A stretch of DNA of 24,000 nt, from the NCBI RefSeq assembly GCF_000009965.1, contig NC_006624.1:1933989-1957988 (forward strand), given 5' to 3'. How positions within the stretch are numbered: position 1 is the stretch's first letter; each line of letters starts with the position of its first letter. Below, piece by piece: positions 1 through 7,994 of the stretch. The stretch is from Thermococcus kodakarensis KOD1 (GTDB lineage: Archaea > Methanobacteriota_B > Thermococci > Thermococcales > Thermococcaceae). The notes under the pieces are model-generated. The model had not been told where the DNA came from, did no database searches, and saw only the letters and a program-made list of their open reading frames with translations. The translations under genes and the position numbers were made by a program.

Positions 1-1111
1 CCTCCGGGTACTTCTCGAGCGTCTTGGCCAGGAGTTCAGCGGCGGGCTTTATCTCCTCCTCGCTCCAGTGGCCGGTGACTACTATGTCATACTTGGCCAG
101 CCACTCCCACTCCCTCGGGACGACGCCGAAGGGTGAAGTCAGTATCAGCTCGTGAACCTTGGAGGTTCCCGAACCGAGTGCCTCTTTCACGGCCCTTCTG
201 TAAAGGGTGTGGCTCCTTGAGAAGGAGTAGGGTTTTTTCGCGGAGCAAGGGAAGAGCAGGAGGAGTTCAACGTTCTTGGGCGGTGTGAAGCGCTCAAGCA
301 CGCGCTCGTGCCACCTTTTGACCTCGGGCCTTCTGATGGATGCATCGCTGATGAAATATACCGTCTCCTTCTGGATTGGAGTGTATTTCTCAAGATAATC
401 TGGGTGCTCAAGGTCCGCTATTCTCAGAATTCCAGCGTTGTACTGGGTCGGAAAGAAGTTTTCTACTAGATACCTCAGCTTGCCCTCTTCAAGGGCCTTC
501 CTCACGAGCAGTATGACTTCGCGGGCGAAGTCGAGGGAGTTGGGCTCGTTGCTCCAAAGGAATGGAGAGAACTGGGTGAATCCCTTACCCTCGAAGTCGT
601 AGAGCTTGAGAGAGCGGGTATCGAAGGCATCAATGCCAAGATAAACCGCCAGCGGGTAGAAGAACGGCTCAAGGTCGGCTATAATCATGACGTTCGGGAA
701 CCTCTCGCGGAGTTCCCTTAAAATCCTCACGAAGTAGCGGTACTCCTTGATTAGAATTTTCGAGTTGCCGAGGTAGACGGCATCGAAATTGTGTCTATCT
801 ATAATCTTGAAGAACTCCTCAAGGTACTCCGTTCTTCTCAGGGCAGGAAGGTAGAAGGCGTTGAAGCCATCGTAGTTTACACTCCACAGCCTCCCGATGG
901 CCTTCTGGATTACCTCATCGGGAGTGTAGAACCCGAGAGGTATCGAGGGAGCGAGGTTGAAGTCGTACTCGCCCGGCTCTTTGGGATGGAAGAAGGAGTT
1001 GAAGGGAGACAGGGTAAAGTCTATCCCGACTAACGCGGGAGTTCTGAAGGAATAATCCCCTAGCCTGACTACCCCAAGCCTTCCGGGTCCTTCGTGTTTG
1101 ATGACTTCCAT
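1..1111 (-). CDS. arcS: Archaeosine synthase ArcS / TGT-like paralog, C-terminal part missing (runs off the left edge)
   Basis: Reverse-strand reading from ATG at 1111: MEVIKHEGPGRLGVVRLGDYSFRTPALVGIDFTLSPFNSFFHP..., later ...VELLLLFPCSAKKPYSFSRSHTLYRRAVKEALG...; the PCSAKKPYSxSxSH motif is typical of ArcS. Open to base 1. Absent from the ORF track because it has no stop in the window. Confidence 0.85.
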   Translation of the reverse strand, partial: MEVIKHEGPGRLGVVRLGDYSFRTPALVGIDFTLSPFNSFFHPKEPGEYDFNLAPSIPLGFYTPDEVIQKAIGRLWSVNYDGFNAFYLPALRRTEYLEEFFKIIDRHNFDAVYLGNSKILIKEYRYFVRILRELRERFPNVMIIADLEPFFYPLAVYLGIDAFDTRSLKLYDFEGKGFTQFSPFLWSNEPNSLDFAREVILLVRKALEEGKLRYLVENFFPTQYNAGILRIADLEHPDYLEKYTPIQKETVYFISDASIRRPEVKRWHERVLERFTPPKNVELLLLFPCSAKKPYSFSRSHTLYRRAVKEALGSGTSKVHELILTSPFGVVPREWEWLAKYDIVVTGHWSEEEIKPAAELLAKTLEKYPE

Positions 1112-1120
1112 AGCGATTCC

Positions 1121-2026
1121 TCAGACGAGGTTGTACCTCTGCAGGAGCAGGAGCTCGTCGAGGGTGAGCTTCTCGCCGCGCTTGAACTTCTCGAGGGCTT
1201 CAACTGCCTTCTCGAAGTTGGCGTCCTTCTTGGCGCGCATCTTGGCGACAAGACGGTAGGCGATGAGCTCCTTGTGCTTCTCGTCGTACTCCCTGATCTT
1301 CCTCTCGATCTCCCTGAGCTGCTTCCTGGCTTCCCTGACCTTCTCGCGGAGCTCGACGACCTTCTGGTGGTACTCGTCGGCCTCTTTCTTGACCTCGTCA
1401 GCCTTGTTGAAGGCCTGAATCATCTGCTCGTGGAACTGCTGGCTCTGGTTGGCGAGCTTCTGTATCTCAAGGCTGATGGCTTTCCTGGCCTTCTTGAGCT
1501 GGTCTACCTTTTTCCTCGTCTCAACGAGCTTCTTGTGGAACCTCTCAGCCTGCTGGATGATCTCAAGCTCGGTCGCGAGAACCTGTATTTGGTCAACGAT
1601 CTGCTTCTCCCTCTCTGGAGTTATGTTCGGGTTGGTCTGGAGCTCCCACTCAAGCTTCTCGATCCTCTCCTGTATCCTCTCGGGGGACATCTTGAGCCTC
1701 CTGAGCTGGTTGTACTCGTTTCTCTTGGTCTTGTACTCGAGTATTTCCTGGTAGAGGAGGTCAAGCTTGGCGTTGATCTCCTCGCGGTTCTTCTTAAGCT
1801 CCTGTATCTTCTGGTTTATTTCATCCCTCTTCGCCTTGTACTCGCGCCCCTTCTGGCGGAGCTGCTGTACTTCCTTGTTCTTTTCATCCCTCTTTTGAAT
1901 CCAGACCTGGAGCTCCTTTTCGAGCTCATCCAGTTTGGCCCTGATCTCGTTTCTCTCCTTTTCCAGGGCCTCAATCTCCCTCTTGATCCTCTTAATTTCC
2001 TCTGGGTCTACTTTAACCGTTGTCAT
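1121..2026 (-). CDS. COG1340-type archaeal coiled-coil protein
   Basis: 301 aa, almost entirely charged heptad-like coiled coil (EEIKRIKREIEALEKERNEIRAKLDELEKEL...); lies 9 nt upstream of arcS in the same orientation. Confidence 0.8.
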   Translation of the reverse strand: MTTVKVDPEEIKRIKREIEALEKERNEIRAKLDELEKELQVWIQKRDEKNKEVQQLRQKGREYKAKRDEINQKIQELKKNREEINAKLDLLYQEILEYKTKRNEYNQLRRLKMSPERIQERIEKLEWELQTNPNITPEREKQIVDQIQVLATELEIIQQAERFHKKLVETRKKVDQLKKARKAISLEIQKLANQSQQFHEQMIQAFNKADEVKKEADEYHQKVVELREKVREARKQLREIERKIREYDEKHKELIAYRLVAKMRAKKDANFEKAVEALEKFKRGEKLTLDELLLLQRYNLV

Positions 2027-2263
2027 CTCTCTTACCCCTCTCCCTTTTTAGAACAGCTCTGTTCACTTCGGACATCTGGACTGGAAATTGAGAGAGTAAA
2101 TAAAAACTTTTTGGATGATTCGGCGGTATTGTCTTGAGCACGATAGATTCGTTTCCCTTTTGTTTGATGTAGCCAACTCTGTAACAGCGAATTCTACAAA
2201 AGTCTTCAAAAACATTCAAAATTGAGACAGAATAATGGTAAAACAAAAAACTTTGCTCCAAAT

Positions 2264-3211
2264 TCACTCCCGTACAACCTGCGTCCCCGTCTTCCCCTCA
2301 AGCGCCTCGACGGCCCTGTCAAGGGAAGCTATTACTGCCCTCTCGCCTCCCCACTCAACGAACCTTATCGCGGCAAGAACCTTCGGCCCCATGCTTCCCT
2401 TCTTGAAGTGGCCCTCTTTGTAATAGCGCTTCAGCTCGTCCACGGTTACCTTCCCGAGCCACTTCTCATCGGGCTTTCCGTAGTTTATTGCCGCGCCGTT
2501 CACGTCCGTGAGTATCATGAAGATATCCGCTTTAACCTCTTCAGCCAGCTTTTCACCGGCTAAATCTTTGTCTATAACCGCCTCAACGCCCTTAAGCTCT
2601 CCATTCTCCTCAATCACTGGGACGCCACCGCCGCCGCTCGCTATGACGATGAAGCCCTTCTCGACGAGGTCAACTATGACCGGAGCCTCTACGTGCCCCT
2701 TCGGGTCGGGACTCGGAACTACCCTCCTCCAGCCCCTCCCGGCGTCTTCTATAACCGTCCAGCCCTTTTCCTTTGCTAGCTTCTTGGCAGTCTCCTCGTC
2801 GTAGAACGGGCCGACCGGCTTGCTCGGGTTCTGGAAGGCTGGGTCGTTCTTGTCAACGATGGTCTGGGTTACTATCGTTGCGACGGGCTTCTCGACCCCT
2901 CTCTTCCTAAGCTCGTTTATGAGCGCCTGGCCGATCATGTAGCCTATCTGCCCCTGGGTCATCGCTCCAGCGACGTCCATAGGCTGGGCTGGGATGCCGT
3001 AGACCTGCTGGCCAGCGTCCATGTGGAGAAGGAGCGCACCAACCTGTGGACCGTTTCCGTGGGTGATAACGACTTCATAATCGCCGTCAAGGATTATGTC
3101 AGCGATCTGCTTGGCAGTCCTCCTCACGTTCTCCATCTGCTCCTCGTAAGTCCCCTTCTGGCCTCGCTGGAGTATGGCGTTCCCGCCCAAGGCTATGACA
3201 ACTCTCTTCAT
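2264..3211 (-). CDS. arcC: Carbamate kinase
   Basis: 315 aa [25 protein letters not shown]...[21 protein letters not shown]...[13 protein letters not shown]...; canonical carbamate kinase motifs; GGAGGTGA RBS upstream. Confidence 0.95.
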   Translation of the reverse strand: MKRVVIALGGNAILQRGQKGTYEEQMENVRRTAKQIADIILDGDYEVVITHGNGPQVGALLLHMDAGQQVYGIPAQPMDVAGAMTQGQIGYMIGQALINELRKRGVEKPVATIVTQTIVDKNDPAFQNPSKPVGPFYDEETAKKLAKEKGWTVIEDAGRGWRRVVPSPDPKGHVEAPVIVDLVEKGFIVIASGGGGVPVIEENGELKGVEAVIDKDLAGEKLAEEVKADIFMILTDVNGAAINYGKPDEKWLGKVTVDELKRYYKEGHFKKGSMGPKVLAAIRFVEWGGERAVIASLDRAVEALEGKTGTQVVRE

Positions 3212-3340
3212 GCTCTCACCTCCAGGGATGACTAATTACGCTCACTGGCATAAAAACGTTCGTTAGGCTTCACTCATGTTCACTTGAATAAGGTTCGGGA
3301 AAGATGCCAACCACTCTACAAATGTAAAGAAAAGTGCCGC

Positions 3341-4603
3341 TCAGAGGTACCATTCGGAAAAGCTTCCAAGTCCGAGCCTTTCAAGGGTCTTCATGACACC
3401 GAGGGCTATACCCTCGACCTCTATCCCGCCGGGTAGCTTGTAGGCATCGCCGACGATGTAGATATCCTGAATCGGGAAGTCCTCAACGGCCTGCCCGCTG
3501 GCGACCCTGTTGACAGGATTTCCGTCGAGGTAGGTCTGGATGAGCAGGATCTCGCCCTCTTCATCGAGGTTAGGGAAGATTCTGTAAATGTCGTCTATGC
3601 CCTTCTTCTGCTCCTCCTTAACGTTCCTGCTCTGAAGGGCATGGTGGAGCATTATGAGGGTGTATCCCTCTGGAGCGAGCTCCGGGCTTAGAGCTGTTGG
3701 CTCATTATAGCCGTTTATTCTCTCAGTATCGAGAGTGAAAACGACGGTGTTCCCGATCCTTGATTCTCCTTTCAGGGCGACGTTGTACTTTATCCCCTCG
3801 CTCGGCTTCAGAGACTCAACGTGCCTGAGGTATTCCCTATCGAAATTCTCCCTTCCGAGGAGCTCAACGGTCTCCTTGATGCCGATGTTCGAGATAAGGA
3901 CATCGTAAGGAAACTCCTCGTTGTCGGCCGTCACCACCTTCTTTGCCTCGGCATCGACTTCAACGGCCTTCTTCCCCGTCAATATTTTTCCGCCGTTTTC
4001 CACCACAATTCTCGCAAGCTCGTCGGTTAAGGCCTTACAGCCGCCTCTGACGAGTCCAGGGCCGCCCCACTTTAGGGCCGCTTTAATCTCCCTGGCCAGC
4101 TCTCCAGCAGGTACATCCAGCACGCTGTCGGCCCAGCCGAGGAAGCTCTTGATGAAGAGGTCGGTGAACTCGTTGTCGCCTATCTTTTCCTTAATCCACC
4201 CGCGCCCGCTCATCTCGGCCTCTTCTCCGGTCGGGAGCTTGTTTCTCTTTATGTCCGCCATCAGTTTCATCGCCCTGGCTTTCTCCTTCCAGCCGAGGTA
4301 CTTCCAGCCCTCGCGGTAGTGGAAGGTCTTGCCCTCGTAGAAGATCATGCCCTTTGGGTTGGAGTTCACTATGGTGACGTTCGCACCGAGGAGTTTTAGG
4401 AGGTGTGCCAGTGGGCCGTCTTCGCCGTGAGGGAGCATGTGAAAGGCTCCCGTTGAGAGGCCGAAGCCCTTGTAATTCAGATTTGTGAAGCGGCCGCCGA
4501 TATAAGGAGCTTTTTCAAGAACCGTGACATCGTAGCCTTTCCTGGCTAGAAATCCAGCTGTCAAAAGCCCGCCGATTCCAGAGCCAATAACCACTGCCCT
4601 CAT
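3341..4603 (-). CDS. FAD-dependent NAD(P)-binding oxidoreductase, phytoene desaturase-like
   Basis: MRAVVIGSGIGGLLTAGFLARKGYDVTVLEKAPYIGGRFTNL... Rossmann dinucleotide motif and C-terminal DIYIVGDAYKLPGGIEVEGIALG. Start placed at 4603 (AGGTGG RBS) rather than the ORF-track start 4681. Confidence 0.85.
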   Translation of the reverse strand: MRAVVIGSGIGGLLTAGFLARKGYDVTVLEKAPYIGGRFTNLNYKGFGLSTGAFHMLPHGEDGPLAHLLKLLGANVTIVNSNPKGMIFYEGKTFHYREGWKYLGWKEKARAMKLMADIKRNKLPTGEEAEMSGRGWIKEKIGDNEFTDLFIKSFLGWADSVLDVPAGELAREIKAALKWGGPGLVRGGCKALTDELARIVVENGGKILTGKKAVEVDAEAKKVVTADNEEFPYDVLISNIGIKETVELLGRENFDREYLRHVESLKPSEGIKYNVALKGESRIGNTVVFTLDTERINGYNEPTALSPELAPEGYTLIMLHHALQSRNVKEEQKKGIDDIYRIFPNLDEEGEILLIQTYLDGNPVNRVASGQAVEDFPIQDIYIVGDAYKLPGGIEVEGIALGVMKTLERLGLGSFSEWYL

Positions 4604-4778
4604 TCTACCACCTGAAATGCCAAGGGTGAGGAAAAATATAAGGGTTTGGCCGTTGTATGGATGTACAACTCCTTTACTCATGCTTCTTTTGATCCGTTCT
4701 AAGAAGAAAACTTAAGTTTTAATAATTTTATACCTCAAAAAGAGAATAAAATATGGTTAGCAAAAACAAATAGAAAAA

Positions 4779-4788
4779 TTTATAAATA
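4779..4788 (+). promoter_or_regulatory. Box A/TATA-like promoter element upstream of the putative precursor ORF
   Basis: TTTATAAATA within gaaaaatttataaatataag in a strongly A/T-rich leader, about 45 nt before the GTG at 4834. Confidence 0.6.
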
Positions 4789-4833
4789 TAAGTTGTTCAA
4801 AATATATTGCAAAAACTTAAGGAGGTGATAACG

Positions 4834-4937
4834 TGGAGGAATTGATTGTGCTAGAGAGGGGAGCATTCGGCTTCAACGAGCCAAACTTTTTCATCTGCGG
4901 GAGCTTCTGTAACCCTGTGAAGGATAACCCGAACTGA
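4834..4937 (+). CDS. Putative RiPP precursor peptide; in-frame ORF from GTG 4834 stops at 4920, and a -1 frame change near 4860 gives a 34-aa CX3C peptide ending at 4937
   Basis: Strong SD AGGAGGTGAT (4821-4830) then GTG. As written: MEELIVLEREHSASTSQTFSSAGASVTL*. With -1 shift after AGG (4858-4860): MEELIVLERGAFGFNEPNFFICGSFCNPVKDNPN*. Immediately upstream of a radical SAM/SPASM gene. Confidence 0.5.
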
Positions 4938-4942
4938 TGGGG

Positions 4943-4960
4943 TTTTATCTTTTTATTTTT
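4943..4960 (+). terminator. T-rich archaeal-type terminator candidate just after the precursor
   Basis: ttttatctttttattttt directly after the TGA at 4935-4937. Confidence 0.45.
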
Positions 4961-5003
4961 AAATTTTGAACTACTAAACTACTGAAAATGGGGGTGGAGA
5001 AAT

Positions 5004-6335
5004 ATGAAAAATGTTAAACTCTCGAGATATACTCTCGCTGTTCCATATCAGGGACGTATAATACTATTTAATACCCTTTCACGCTCATTAGTTGCTATTT
5101 CAGAAGATGCTTGGAACAGGCTTAAAAATAGTATCAGCAATGCCAACGCTGATATTGACAATGGAACTCTTAATGATAGCCTAATTAAAGAACTAACCAC
5201 TTTGGGATTTTTGATACCTTCCCAATTAGATGAAAAGGAGCTAATGAGGACTCATGTGAATGTTCTAAAATATACTCCAACACACATGGGAATGTTTGTG
5301 AACTTAACTTCAAGATGTAATCTCTCCTGTCCTTATTGTTACCAAGACTTAAGAAAAGCTTTAGACAGTAATCAGGATTTAACAACTGATAGCTGGAATA
5401 GAATAATGAGACTAATAAACAAGAGGATAAACATTCTGAGAAATGTCAATGTTGTGTTCTTCGGAGGAGAACCAATGTTGAATTATAATACTCTAAAAGT
5501 GGCAGTAAGAGATTTAGATTCTTTAAAAGAAATCGGCATTAAAACCTCTATGTCCATAATAACTAATGGGACGTTATTTTCCAAACAAAGAGCCCAGGAG
5601 CTGGCACCCTACATTAGCTCGGTTCAAATTACTTTGGATGGAATGAAAGAGACGCATGATAAAATGAGGCCATACTCTGATGGAAGTGGAACCTTTGATA
5701 TCATTCTAAAAAATATTATCGATAATATTGACCAATATCGGAAAAGAATTATATTAAGATCAAATATAAATGATGATAATATCGCCAGTGTCAAGTCCTT
5801 ATTACACTATTTGAAAGAAGAATACGGGCTTCACAAGTTACTAAAAGGAGTTGGTTTTGAATACATATTCCCAACTCAAACGTCGATACATGTAGGTGAG
5901 AGCTATAAATTAACCCAACATATTTCAAAACTACTAATTGAGATTTATTCCTACGCTGTGGATTTGGGGTATTCCATAGGAAACCCCCTAATACTTGGCC
6001 CATGTATGGCAAACCATGCCTTTAGTTTTGCAGTGGATGAACAACTAAATGTTTATAAATGCCCAGGCTTTCTATATTCAAATCCGGATGGATACATTGA
6101 CGAAGAAGGCAATCTTGTCATCACAAGTTCTAGATGGTATTCTTTAATAAACTTCGAGCCACCATGTGCTCTCAATTGTAAATTTGGCCCAGTATGCTAC
6201 GGAGGATGCAGATGGATGGCCAGTTCATCAAAGTCCAAAATTTCCTGTAATATAGAGCACCTACAGAATTACAGCGAATTTTTAGCACTTTATGTTAAGT
6301 CAAGATATAAAAAACTTCTGGAGGGCGAAGGATGA
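5004..6335 (+). CDS. Radical SAM/SPASM domain protein, probable peptide maturase
   Basis: 443 aa; TSRCNLSCPYCYQDL (CX3CX2C), GGEPMLN, C-terminal Cys-rich SPASM-like region CALNCKFGPVCYGGCRWMASSSKSKISC, N-terminal domain resembling those of peptide-modifying radical SAM enzymes. Confidence 0.88.
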   Translation: MKNVKLSRYTLAVPYQGRIILFNTLSRSLVAISEDAWNRLKNSISNANADIDNGTLNDSLIKELTTLGFLIPSQLDEKELMRTHVNVLKYTPTHMGMFVNLTSRCNLSCPYCYQDLRKALDSNQDLTTDSWNRIMRLINKRINILRNVNVVFFGGEPMLNYNTLKVAVRDLDSLKEIGIKTSMSIITNGTLFSKQRAQELAPYISSVQITLDGMKETHDKMRPYSDGSGTFDIILKNIIDNIDQYRKRIILRSNINDDNIASVKSLLHYLKEEYGLHKLLKGVGFEYIFPTQTSIHVGESYKLTQHISKLLIEIYSYAVDLGYSIGNPLILGPCMANHAFSFAVDEQLNVYKCPGFLYSNPDGYIDEEGNLVITSSRWYSLINFEPPCALNCKFGPVCYGGCRWMASSSKSKISCNIEHLQNYSEFLALYVKSRYKKLLEGEG

Positions 6336-7240
6336 ACGTGATAGAAATTGACAACCTCACCAAGGTGTATCCCGACGGCACAAAGGCCAACGATGGAATC
6401 TCAATCCGCGTCAGGAAGAATGAAATTGTTGGGATCATCGGTCCCAACGGTGCTGGAAAAACCACGCTCATACGACAGCTTCTGGGGCTTTTGAAGCCAA
6501 CGGAAGGCTCAATCAGGGTGATGGGAAGGGACATCGTGAATAACCCAGATATTGTAAAAAGAACCCTTGCCTACGTGCCTCAGTATCCCCTCAGCTTTCC
6601 CTCTTTGAGGGTTGAGGAGGTTCTGGAGTACGTCCTCAGGATGCGGGGCGAAAGCATTTCACCAGCCGAGATGGGGAAGAGAATATCGGGTGTTCTAGAG
6701 CTCCTCGGTCTCAGTGGGGCGGCAAAGTTCTTCGGGTATCAGCTCTCGGGGGGTATGAAAAAGTCCCTGCTGCTGGCGATGGCCATCATTCAGGAGCTTC
6801 CGGTCCTCGTGCTGGACGAGCCCACGAGCATGGTGGACATCGTTACAAAGCACCGGCTGTGGGATGTAATAAGGAATTCAAACCGGGAAGGAATTCTCCT
6901 CGCCAGCCACGACATGAACGAAGTAAAGGCGCTCTGCGACAGGGTGTACCTCCTCGTTTATGGAAAGATAGTGACCTCCGGCACTCCCGCGGACATAGTC
7001 TCGATGGTTAAGATGCCCACCGAGGTTCGTTTAATCCCCGGGAGGGAGATACCCCAGAGCATCCTCCCCAAGGAGCACAAAAAACGCGGAGACCTCTACG
7101 AGCTGGCCTTCGACACGCTTGAGGATGCATTGCGGACTGTGGATGCAATCCTCAAAAGTGCGGGGGTGTCCTACCTCGAGATTGAGTCCCCCTCATTTGA
7201 GAACCTCGTGATAAACCTCATCGGGAGGGATGGCGAATGA
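6332..7240 (+). CDS. ABC transporter ATP-binding protein
   Basis: 302 aa; Walker A GPNGAGKTT, signature LSGGMKKSL, Walker B VLVLDEPTS, H-loop SHD; start overlaps the radical SAM stop by 4 nt (ATGA). Confidence 0.95.
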   Translation: MNVIEIDNLTKVYPDGTKANDGISIRVRKNEIVGIIGPNGAGKTTLIRQLLGLLKPTEGSIRVMGRDIVNNPDIVKRTLAYVPQYPLSFPSLRVEEVLEYVLRMRGESISPAEMGKRISGVLELLGLSGAAKFFGYQLSGGMKKSLLLAMAIIQELPVLVLDEPTSMVDIVTKHRLWDVIRNSNREGILLASHDMNEVKALCDRVYLLVYGKIVTSGTPADIVSMVKMPTEVRLIPGREIPQSILPKEHKKRGDLYELAFDTLEDALRTVDAILKSAGVSYLEIESPSFENLVINLIGRDGE

Positions 7241-7884
7241 TTCGTCCTCTAATTGGGATGGAGCTTAAGGGAATGCGGCTCTACAGGACGTTCCTCTTTG
7301 TCAACCTCCTGCTCATGCCCTTCGCCTTGCTCTTTATGATGCTCATGAACTCCAGCTCGAGAACTCCGGAGGACATCTCTTACCTGGTGAGCGGCTTTAT
7401 CGTTGTTTCTCTGGTTAGTTCTTTCCTCGGAACGCTAACGAACAGGGTCAGCAATGTCTTCGAACCCAGTGTTCTTGAGCTTTACTCAACACTACCCCCA
7501 AGAATATCAGCGGTAGTCCTCGCCCAGTTCCTCACTTACTCCCTGCTGGTCCTCCCCCAGGTGCTCCTGGGTCTCGCGGTTATCGTTTACTATCAGGGAA
7601 CTAGCAGAATAAACATCCCCCTTCTGATTCTGGCACTTTCATTAACTTTCCTTGAGCTGGGGGCGCTTGCGGTTTCCATAGGTGCGAAGATTGGAAACCC
7701 CTACAAGGCGATGGCCGTCACGGGAATACTGCCCTGGCTCCTCGTGGTGTTCTCCCCTGCCTACTACCGCTCCAGCTCCCCTGTGCTCTACCTGAACCCC
7801 ATTACTTTCCTGTTATCATGTATCCGCTCGACCATTGGACTGCAGAGCGTGAGCCCTACCCCCTGCCTGTTTCGATGGCTCTAA
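7237..7884 (+). CDS. ABC-2 type transporter permease; apparent frameshift near the C-terminus, reading continues in another frame to 7952
   Basis: 215 aa with several hydrophobic helices; 4-nt overlap with the ATPase stop; the -1 frame continues ...YPLPVSMALTGVFLLFALRSLRSGYMLEKPF* to 7952. Confidence 0.75.
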   Translation: MIRPLIGMELKGMRLYRTFLFVNLLLMPFALLFMMLMNSSSRTPEDISYLVSGFIVVSLVSSFLGTLTNRVSNVFEPSVLELYSTLPPRISAVVLAQFLTYSLLVLPQVLLGLAVIVYYQGTSRINIPLLILALSLTFLELGALAVSIGAKIGNPYKAMAVTGILPWLLVVFSPAYYRSSSPVLYLNPITFLLSCIRSTIGLQSVSPTPCLFRWL

Positions 7885-7994
7885 CAGGAGTTTTCCTGCT
7901 CTTTGCACTCAGAAGTCTGCGTTCCGGCTATATGCTTGAGAAACCATTTTAATTTCTCTTTTCATTAATGGGGAGAAAGGAAATAAAACGGCGG

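Noticed and set aside
187-411. 74-aa minus-strand ORF
   Set aside because: Alternate frame inside the arcS coding region.
1094-2137. 347-aa plus-strand ORF
   Set aside because: Antisense shadow of the coiled-coil gene; Leu/Glu-rich low-complexity product (CTC/GAG mirror of GAG/CTC codons), no RBS or family match.
2013-2267. 84-aa minus-strand ORF between carbamate kinase and COG1340 genes
   Set aside because: Spans the likely promoter (tttttattta on the minus strand) of the downstream gene, has A/T-rich non-preferred codons and no RBS.
4603-4681. N-terminal extension of the FAD oxidoreductase (MSKGVVHPYNGQTLIFFLTLGISGGR)
   Set aside because: The Rossmann motif begins right after MRAVVIGSG, which has its own RBS; the extension crosses an A/T-rich promoter-like region.
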